Assembly (NCBI RefSeq): GCF_006345805.1
Contig: NW_021826586.1
Span: 1 to 12,476, forward strand
Length of the DNA stretch: 12,476 nucleotides
Source of the DNA: Octopus sinensis
Lineage: Eukaryota
Direction of reading: 5' to 3'
Position numbers and translations under genes: made by a program. Below are positions 1-7,624 of this stretch, one piece after another; the first letter of the stretch is position 1, and every line of letters starts with the position of its first letter. Below the pieces are notes generated by a model. It had not been told where the DNA came from and did not search any database. It saw only the letters and a program-made list of their open reading frames with translations.

Positions 1-250
1 ACATAAAACCGTGTGAGTATGAAACAAATGTCTTTACTACGGGCCCTTACTTGCGCCCTAATATGTTTACTGGTAGAAATAGCAGCTAAATCTCACTAAA
101 GTATAATCTAGTTTAAAAAATGTCGGAACATATTCGATAACGTTGATCCAGATATATTATAGCTTAAATAAATAACAGGATGTTAACAGCTGGAACGCTT
201 TGGGGACGAGAACTATCGTATAAAACCTGACCCAGGGTTAAAAAATAACT
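1..250 (+). repeat. Old interspersed repeat of unknown class, copy A (related to 9235-9485 and 9500-9705)
   Basis: By-eye similarity: CTGGTAGAAATAGCAGCTAAATCTC (~69-93) vs CTTGCTCGAAATAACAACCGAACCCCTC (~9298-9325). The 3' part GGATGTTAACAGCTGGAACGCTTT...ACCCAGGGTTAAAAAATAAC resembles GGATGGTCATGGTTGGATTTCTTTT...ACCTAGAGCCAAGCAACTAAC. The left edge may lie outside the window. Confidence 0.4.
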
Positions 251-523
251 GGTGTTATACTTCAGGTTGTTGTTATATTTCGTTTTCTTGGAATGCTTTT
301 CGCTCCTTTACAGTGGTTGCATTTAACCCACCTCTACCCTACCCACTTTCATTTCTTTTCACACACACACACGTACGTATATATATGTATATACACACAC
401 CTCACTCCCCTCCTATTCCCCCTCTCTCTTTCTTTCAACATTTCGGGTTCTGCGGAGTTTTATTAGTATCTTTTTTTCCCATGGCGTGTAGCTTCCGTGC
501 TAAAATATGTTTAATCTTCTTAT

Positions 524-526
<3 letters not shown>

Positions 527-602
<76 letters not shown>
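527..602. repeat. (AC)38 microsatellite
   Basis: Perfect AC run read directly. It explains the HTHT/CVCV ORFs at 313-969, 435-665 and 500-904. Confidence 0.98.
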
Positions 603-608
<6 letters not shown>

Positions 609-732
609 AACACACACACACACACAAAAACATAAACACGCGCGCCCGCATACACTCCCCCACACACTCCCCCTACAACTAGAAATATTCGTATTTTCAA
701 CGCCTGTTCAAAAGAAAATTTGTTCTCCGTAC

Positions 733-990
733 ACACACACACATATATATGCAGGTGTATATATGTATATGTATGTGTATTTGTATGTATGTATCTATGT
801 ATATGCATATATATATAAATATAATATATATATGTATATAAATGTCTGTCTGTATATATATATTTATGTATGTATGTATATAAAACATATATATATACAC
901 ACATACATACAAAAACTCACATCTAAATATTTACATACATGCTCATATATACAGGCGCGCGCAGAGTAGATATATATACACACACATGTA
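733..990. repeat. (AT)/(TATG)/(AC) compound low-complexity tract
   Basis: Interrupted ATAT, GTAT and ACAC runs read directly. Confidence 0.9.
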
Positions 991-1079
991 CACCCTGGTG
1001 GTGGTACAGTAATTACTGTTCTGATGATTGACTAAACACAATACTCTACTTCATTTAACAGAAAACTGCTTCTAAATTC

Positions 1080-1590
1080 CTCGCTCTCCTCGCACCCACC
1101 ATACTTACTCTCTTTCTCTCTCTCTCTCGCCCTTACCTCAACCAGATTCCATTTCTCTTATATTCTGTTATTCTCTCTTTCTCACCCTTCTCTTTTCCTC
1201 TCATACCCTATACTCTCTGTCCCTCATTTTACACCTCCTCTCTTTAAATTCCATTTCTTACTTTTCTCTTACTTTCTAATAAGCCTCTTACTATCCCTCT
1301 TTATTTCTGATAACCACTTCTGTTTGTCCGTTCTTCTATCCCTCTGTCCCTTTATCCCTCTGTCTGTCTCACTGTCTCTCTCTGTCTTCCTTTTTGTCAG
1401 TTTTTTTCTCTGCATCGCTGCCCGTCTGTCTATCTGTCTGTTTGTCTGTTTGTCTCTCCCCCTCTCTCTCCCTCTCTCTCCCCCTCTCTCTATTTGCCTG
1501 TCTTTGTCTACCTCTTTCTCTCTCTGTTCATCTGTCTTTCTACCTATCTGTTAATCTCTGCCTGTCCCTCGTCTATATGTTTCTCTATTG
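1080..1590. repeat. Polypyrimidine (CT/TCTG) low-complexity tract, continued at 2185-2390 beyond the SINE trimer
   Basis: The plus strand is mostly C/T with TCTC and TCTG units. The same composition resumes right after 2184. Confidence 0.9.
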
Positions 1591-1593
1591 TCT

Positions 1594-2183
1594 TATTTCT
1601 TTATTGCCCACAAGGGGCTAAACACAGAGGGGAGAAAACAAGGACAGACAAAGGGATTGAGTCGATTACATCGACTCCAGTGTGTAACTCTTACTTAATT
1701 TATCGACCCCGAAAGGATGAAAGGCAAAGTCGATCTCGGCGGAATTTGAACTCAGAACGTAACGGCAGATGAAATACCTATTTCTTTATTACCCACAAGG
1801 GGCTAAACATAGAGGAGACAAACATGGACAGACATAGGTATTAAGTCGATTATATCGACCCCAGTGCTTAACTGGTACTTAATTTATCGACCTCGAAAGG
1901 ATGAAAGGCAAAGTCGACCTCGGCGGAATTTGAACTCACAACGTAACGGCAGACGAAATACCTATTTCTTTATTACCCACAAGGGGCTAAACACAGAGCG
2001 GACAAACAAGGACAGACATAGGTATTAAGTCGATTACATCGACCCCAGTGCGTAACTGGTACTTAATTTATCGACCCCGAAAGGATGAAAGGCAAAGTCG
2101 ACCTCGGCGGAATTTGAACTCACAACGTAACGCAGATGAAATACCGCGAAGTATTTCGCCCGGCGTGCTAACGCTTCTGCAAG
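1594..2183 (-). mobile_element. Tandem trimer of a tRNA-derived SINE (octopus-type, Meta/MESC-like core): one near-complete copy plus two 5'-truncated copies
   Basis: Three units at 1594-1778 (185 bp), 1779-1962 (184 bp) and 1963-2183. On the minus strand each has the B-box GAGTTCAAATTCC, the core G(A/G)TCGACTTTGCCTTTCATCCTTTCG(G/A)GGTCGATAAATTAAGTA and the tail AATAAAGAAATA. Only the 1963-2183 unit keeps the A-box-side head (GCAGAAGCGTTAGCACGCCGGGCG). Flanking near-direct repeat ATTGTCT(T)ATTTCTTT at 1587-1602 and 2184-2198. The family name is from memory. Confidence 0.92.
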
Positions 2184-2481
2184 ATTGTCTATTTCTTTGT
2201 CTGTCTCTGTCTTACTCTGTTTCTCCGTCCTGCTCCTTGTATGTTCCTTTGCCTATCTCTCTGCCTGTATCTCCTGTCAGTCTGTTCCTCTGTCTTTGTC
2301 TGTGTCTCTTTCTCTCTCACCGCCCCTCTATCTATCTATTTGTCTTTCTTTGCATCTCTCTCTTTCTCTCTTCTCTGTTCATCTACACCCTCTCATCCAA
2401 GCAAGATCGCCTCAACAGCATCATAAGCTCCTAAGCGCAAGAATGTACCGAAGTCCTAACATACACAACTACATAACTTAC

Positions 2482-2649
2482 GCATAAGTTAGCATTGGGT
2501 CTCCTAGACTAGTGTTTGCTCCAAGTAACTGCTCAGTGTAACGGCCATGTTTTCGGTATTGTATTCAGGACCAACTTAAGGTAAGAATATTATACTGTGC
2601 ACTTATCCAAGGAGACTCACGTATCTAGGGGTCCAATGCTAATCTATGC
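2482..2649. repeat. 168 bp fold-back (MITE-like) with ~60 bp imperfect inverted arms
   Basis: Left arm GCATAAGTTAGCATTGGGTCTCCTAGACTAGTG (2482-2514) reverse-complements to CACTAGTCTAGGAGACCCAATGCTAACTTATGC, versus observed CACGTATCTAGGGGTCCAATGCTAATCTATGC (2618-2649). The inner pair TAACTGCTCAGTGTAA (2526-2541) / TTATACTGTGCACTTA (2590-2605) matches 13/16. No TSD seen. Confidence 0.7.
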
Positions 2650-2704
2650 AGGCATTGGCTTGCAGTCAATAAATGATTGTCGGAGGACACCCTACCTTGC
2701 GTTA

Positions 2705-3170
2705 CAGGATAAAGGGCTTATGATTCTGTTAAAGGTCCTGCTCTAATCCTTGTCTCACTTTCACCCTGTTTCTTAATATCCCCCTCATATTTAATGCATT
2801 CTTTCTCTCCCCGGGGAATGGCTTATAATGCTGGAAAGGCTTATAATGCTCTTAGGGGCACTACTCCTCTCTCTGTCTCATTTTAACCCTGCTTTTTTTT
2901 TGTTTTTAATATTCCTCTCATAATTAATATACCTTTTTTTCCCCCGAGGAAGAGCTTATAATTCTGTTAAGGGCCCTTCTCTCATTCCTCTCTCGCCCTG
3001 TTTCTTAATATTTTCCCCACCCCATATTTGATAAATCTTTAGTTTTATTCCTGAAGAAGAGCTTAAAAGGCTCTCACTTTCACCATGCTTCTTTATATTG
3101 ACCCCATATTTAATAAATCTCTAGTATATATTCCCAAAGTAAAGCTTATAAGGCTATCAAGGGTCCTGCT
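2705..3170 (+). repeat. Degenerate tandem array of ~5 units (83-133 bp), each starting with a hammerhead-ribozyme-like relic
   Basis: The anchor GCTTA recurs at 2716, 2821 (internal duplicate at 2839), 2954, 3061 and 3144. Units 1-4 share a downstream block resembling CTCACTTT-CACCCTGTTTCTTAATAT...CCCATATTTAATAAAT; unit 5 is cut off by a SINE. The tandem nature is direct observation; the ribozyme origin is inference. Confidence 0.8.
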
Positions 3171-3179
3171 TTAAAAAAA

Positions 3180-3276
3180 GGCGTGGCTGTGTGGTAAGTA
3201 GCTTGCTTACGAACCTTATGGTTCCGGGTTCAGTCCCACTGCATGGCACCTTGGGCAAATGTCTTTTACTATAACC
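3180..3276 (+). mobile_element. tRNA-derived SINE 5' fragment with CORE-like segment
   Basis: A-box-like TGGCTGTGTGG (3184-3194), B-box GGTTCAGTCCC (3227-3237), then CACCTTGGGCAAATGTCTT, which resembles the CCTTGGGCAAG motif of CORE-SINEs. It is truncated by a CT tract. Confidence 0.85.
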
Positions 3277-3616
3277 GCTCTCTCTCTCATTCACTCCATC
3301 TCTCCTCTTTCTCATTCACTTTCTCTCCCCCTCTTTCCCCCTTTCCTTCCCTTTCTCTCTCGTTCACTCTCCCTCTCTCCCTTTCTCTCTCTCATTCACT
3401 CTCTATCAATCTCTCTCTTTCTATCTGTCTGTCACTTTCTCTCATTCACTGCCTCTCTCCTTCTCTTTCTCATTCACTCTCTCTCGTTCACTCGCCTTCT
3501 CTCCTTCTCTCTCTCTCCCTCTCTACCAATCTGTCTCCTCTATGTCTGCCTGTTTGTCTGTCTCTCTCGCCCTCTCTCTCCCTCTCTCACCCCCTCTCTC
3601 ACTCTCTCTCTCTCAC
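3277..3616. repeat. (CT)n-rich tract with recurring CTCTCTCATTCACT units
   Basis: Read directly. TCTCATTCACT recurs several times. It is the source of the SLSL ORFs at 3243-3644 and 3259-3744. Confidence 0.92.
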
Positions 3617-3639
3617 CTATAGCATCAGCAGTTCACTCA

Positions 3640-3772
3640 GCTAGTACTAATTTTCTGCTAATTAGACAGGAGCAACGTAGAATGAAGTGTCTTGCTCAAG
3701 GATATAACGTGCTGACCAACTCTGGAATTCAACTCACGCCATGATGATCGAGAGCTGAACACCCCTAAGACC
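3640..3772 (-). mobile_element. Diverged tRNA-derived SINE with CORE-like segment
   Basis: The minus strand reads GTGGTCTTAGGGGTGTTCAGCTCTCGATC...GTGAGTTGAATTCC (B-box-like)...ATCCTTGAGCAAGACACTTCATTCTACGTTGCTCC. The CCTTGAGCAAGACACTT motif is typical of CORE-type SINEs. Confidence 0.75.
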
Positions 3773-3789
3773 ACAAGACTATACTTCTT

Positions 3790-4050
3790 AACAGGTCGAA
3801 CAAAAATATATAATATACATAAAACACTTATAGCACAAGTAAACAAAAACCAATAGAAGAAAATAAAATATAAAGTTAATAAAATAAATAAAAAAAAAAC
3901 TTCAACACAAGATTTTAACATAAATAAAACAGTAATAGAAAATAAAAGCAAACAAGACAAATATGAAACACATATAAAACACTTATAGAGCAAAACAAAC
4001 AACAAATATAAAACAATAACAAAAAATGAAATGCAAAAACAAAGAAGACT
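3790..4050. repeat. A-rich low-complexity tract
   Basis: Strongly A-biased plus strand (AAAC/AAAT/AATA). It is the source of the F/L-rich minus ORF at 3658-4005. Confidence 0.85.
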
Positions 4051-4058
4051 CAGAATTA

Positions 4059-4144
4059 TCGGCGGAATAACGTATCAAAGTGACGTCACAGAAGATTGGC
4101 GGAAGTTACCGTAAAATGGCGTAACATAATACAGAAGGTAAAGT
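4059..4144 (+). promoter_or_regulatory. Promoter-like motif cluster (CRE, inverted CCAAT, ETS, YY1) followed by a possible splice donor
   Basis: GTGACGTCAC palindrome at 4080-4089, ATTGG at 4095-4099, GCGGAAGT at 4099-4106, AAAATGGCG at 4113-4121 and AG|GTAAAG at 4136-4143, in a locally CpG-rich patch. It could instead be repeat-borne, since a degenerate echo occurs at 5031-5090. Confidence 0.35.
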
Positions 4145-4537
4145 ACACACACACACATACACGCACGCACCACATACAAAAACATACACTCACACAAACA
4201 AAGACACACATGGATACATTCATATATATACCTACAAAATTGCCTTGTACTTTAAAGCTTTTTTAAAATTTTATCTTTTGTCTTTGCTAGCTTGCCTACA
4301 AACGGCATAATCTTGTTATCTTCAATAAAATATGTACACACACACACACACACACGCTATTATGATAAAACAAAAGCGTTGAGGAAATAACTTGAAGCAT
4401 TAATATGAGGAAATGCCGAAAGCGAACGTAACTACGAAAACATTGTTTGCAAAAATAAAATAAAATAAAACAAGGTGAATAAATAAATAAATTAAAATAC
4501 ATTCCAACGGTACAAAAAGTCAAAAATTAAAGCATAT

Positions 4538-4724
4538 ATTTCTTTCTATTTTGGCACAAGGCCAACAATTTTGATGGGAGGGGAGTCGATTACGTCGACC
4601 CCAGCGTTCGAGTTTTTCGACCCCGAAAAGACGAAAGGCAAATTTGCATTCGGCGGAATTTGAATTCTAAATTTAAAGCCGGTAAGTATTTTAGCTTGGC
4701 GTGTTAACGATTCTGCCAAAAGCC
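4538..4724 (-). mobile_element. Older SINE copy with the same head/core as the trimer but a different tail
   Basis: Plus strand has GTCGATTACGTCGACCCCAG...TCGACCCCGAAAAGACGAAAGGCAAA...GGCGGAATTTGAA...CGTGTTAACGATTCTGCCA, homologous to 1963-2183. The tail on the minus strand is CAAAATTGTTGGCCTTGTGCCAAAATAGAAAGAAAT. Confidence 0.88.
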
Positions 4725-5832
4725 AAAGAAATATTGATGGGCAACAGAGCTGATTGCAAATAAATAAATACATGAATACAATAAAATAGCCCTTCACCAG
4801 ACGAAACAATATACCTGGGCGGAAAACAGCCTGAAGCCAAAGTAACCAACCGAAATATGAATGAGAATTAGTGTTGTATTTAGCGCAAAAATGAATACGA
4901 GCAATCGGCTGAACAACGGAAAAGTTTGCAATAAATAGATGAATAGATAAATAAATAAATATAAATAAATATAAAATTAAAACAGAAGAAATAAAATGCA
5001 ACAAAATTGTAATAATAATCATAAAGTAATTGACGTCACAAAAATACTTGCCGAAAACAGCATATACTGACGGAAAATAATAAAATGCCAAAAATAGACG
5101 TTCTGCAAACATGCACACACGGTCGCACGTACATACATAAACACAGCACACACACACACACACACACGCACGCACGTACAGCTACAATGATAGTTAGTGT
5201 GATAGCCTCTACAAGGTCGTTACATCTCGCAAGGTTCTGCAAGAGGTCGCTAGTAGCTCCGCGAGAAATAGATTAATAATATGAAAATGGGCGAAGTTTT
5301 GCTACTAACCCCGTGACAGGAGTAATAGTAAAAAGATTTACCGGGAAAAGAGCATGAAATTGGAGACCAAAAATGTCAAAAATGAAACGTCGGGGTGGGG
5401 GTGGGGAACAAATTCTTTTGCAGAAGGAAATAGCTAACCAAATTCCATGATTTTTTTCTTTCTCCGTCGGATATTGATAGCTTTTCCGAAAGTCCACCGA
5501 TCAAATATAACAACCATCTCAGGAGACGGACGTTATAACTAAAATTTAACTGTAGATGCATTTGTATTTCATTGCGTATTTATGATTTTATACATACTTA
5601 CATATCATTCCTTAACATGGTATCCTGGTATCTGTGGGTAGTGCGACACTGCAGTGAAAAATTACATCTTAATCGAGAATTGTAAAGGAATTTAGTCTAA
5701 AGAATGGCTTAGTTAAAGTGAAATTTTTGAAGTTTTCTTTGTAACATCTGATGGTTTTAGTACAGCAAAACTTCCAAAATCAAACTTATTTAATTTTGTT
5801 ATTTCATTAATCACCAAAGCAGAAAACTAGTC

Positions 5833-6048
5833 GAATTGTAAGAGCGTCGGAAACAATGCTTTACAGTATCTGTTCTAACTCTTTACATTCTGGATTCAAA
5901 TTCCGCCGTCAACTTTGTCTTTCTTCCGACCGAAATAAATAAAATAAAGTATCTGCCAAAACTGGGATTGATAATATTAAAACTACTGGCCTTATATTTA
6001 AATCTACTCAAAATTATTGGCCTCGTTTCTAAATCAGAAACTATTATT
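5833..6048 (+). mobile_element. Diverged SINE copy, same subfamily as 4538-4724, opposite orientation
   Basis: Head GAATTGTAAGAGCGTCGG, B-box-like GGATTCAAATTCCGCC (5892-5907), core remnant GTCAACTTTGTCTTTCTTCC, and tail CAAAATTATTGGCCTCGTTTCTAAATCAGAAAC (~6009-6041). Confidence 0.75.
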
Positions 6049-6230
6049 CGTTTCATCTCATATGCACTTTAACTTTATCAAAGAGAATGAAGAAGATAAA
6101 AGACGACATAAATGTTTTAAAGAAGGCCTTTCAGCAATGCGGGTGAGGAAGTAGGCAAAATATGTAAAGTGATACCAATAAATAAAAAGAAAAGATATTG
6201 TATCACTTTATGTAGATTGTTTAATGCCTG

Positions 6231-7293
6231 GGATCTAGTTTTTTTTTACATTCGCAAAATATGCGTTTTTTAAAAGGAAGTAAAAAAAATCTGAAAATTG
6301 GCTATAAAAATGTAGTTTTCCAGTCTCATTGCTATGAAGATATGATGTGGAGAAAAAAAAATTGGAGGAAAAAGTTACAGAGGTTTAAAAATCGGAAAAA
6401 CTCTCTATTGTTAGCCAATAACGAGACAGAAATTTTCTGCGTTTAGCGGAGCGGTGTCAACTTTAAGGTTGTACCCTGTGAAATTTATAATTTAGCGTCT
6501 GTGACATGACCTGTTCATTGTAGGTTTCTTAATAAACAGAAATACCTAATAAAATCAACCTGTATCATCTTACTGTTTCTTTTGTCTTTTCATTGACTGT
6601 ATGTTTTTATTATTTTTTCAATTTGTTATGTTAATATATTTGTCTGCATGTGTTTACGTTATGCGTATTTCAGTATTATGTATACTTGTCATGTATTTGT
6701 GTACATCACTAACATATAAGTGTATGTGGATATATGTATTCATATATAATTTTATATGTACATTTATGCATTCACGTGTGTGTGTGTGTGTGTGTGTGTG
6801 TGAAGGAGGCGTCTGTCTCCAAAAGTCCAAAGTTCAGTAACGTTTTCATACTTGGATTTGTAAACTACGATAGGAATAACAGATATGAAATGAGCAATAT
6901 GTAAAAATACCAACACAGAAAAAGCACAGAAAAATATGTAATATACTAACACAGAAAAATTAACGCAAAACACGGGTGAAAATAATCAAGCGGTATGAAG
7001 AATCAAGAGTGAAAAATCAACATAGAACAACATGCGGCACAATACAGTGTGAACCACCACACAACATGCAGTTGTCATGGTAACAACTGCTAATGCCACA
7101 CTGTCTGTTGATTGGCTAAAATTACGCAAATTTCCCAACTTTAATTCCAAATAACATCATATTCTTTAATTTACGAGATAAAGTAATTGGTTGATTGTAA
7201 CCAAAATTCAGAGTTGCATCGATACACCAAAATTGAAAGCAATCTGGACAAAATTAAAGGGGGCTCATTTGCGAATGAGAAAAGACTAGATCC
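6231..7293. mobile_element. Non-autonomous TIR DNA transposon, 1063 bp, 8 bp TSD AATGCCTG; Merlin/IS1016-like
   Basis: Exact direct repeat AATGCCTG at 6223-6230 and 7294-7301, abutting inverted termini GGATCTAGT...CATTCGCAAA (6231-6258) and TTTGCGAATG...ACTAGATCC (7268-7293). Inverted similarity continues inward: 6340-6348/7154-7162 is an exact 9-mer and 6411-6429/7101-7119 matches 16/19. No transposase ORF. The superfamily is inferred from the GG termini, 8 bp TSD and long TIRs. Confidence 0.85.
6776..6802. repeat. (GT)n microsatellite inside the TIR element
   Basis: Read directly. Confidence 0.95.
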
Positions 7294-7624
7294 AATGCCT
7301 GCTTATCGGTAATAACTGGGGTTTTTTTTCTCAGAACTGTTGGATTACTTTTTTGAAAAGGGAAACGTTTTCCGAAATATTATAGAAGTATTGAACAACC
7401 TAACAGAGACTGAAACAATATCTTTATCTTCGTCTTACATTTTGGCAACTTCTAACCTGCAGTGCTTAATCGTCTTCTAAAAAACTATGTATATCGTTTA
7501 CATATTGCAAGGCTTCAAACAAATTACAGAACTCTTTTATTAATAAAGATATTAATATATTTTTTTTATGTAATGGCTTCTTGAGACATGAAATATATTT
7601 CAAGGTTTCTCCAGAAGTAAAAAT

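Noticed and set aside
313-969. 218 aa ORF and overlapping ORFs
   Set aside because: Translations of (AC)n and (AT)n/(TATG)n repeats, with no domain-like content.
1021-1070. CTGATGA at 1022-1028 as a hammerhead core
   Set aside because: No helix II followed by GAAA at a suitable distance.
1594-2183. SINE trimer as a CRISPR array or a ribozyme (CCGAAAGG hairpin, GATGAAA)
   Set aside because: Units are ~184 bp contiguous repeats without unique spacers, in eukaryotic DNA, with pol III B-boxes. No CUGANGA core is present on either strand.
3180-3245. tRNA gene
   Set aside because: A/B boxes are present, but there is no complete cloverleaf and it runs into a CORE-like segment, so it is a SINE head.
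1324-3744. S/L/C-rich ORFs at 1324-2487 and 3243-3744
   Set aside because: Products of CT-rich tracts and SINE sequence.
5392-5406. G-quadruplex candidate GGGGTGGGGGTGGGG
   Set aside because: Only three G-runs; no context supports a function.
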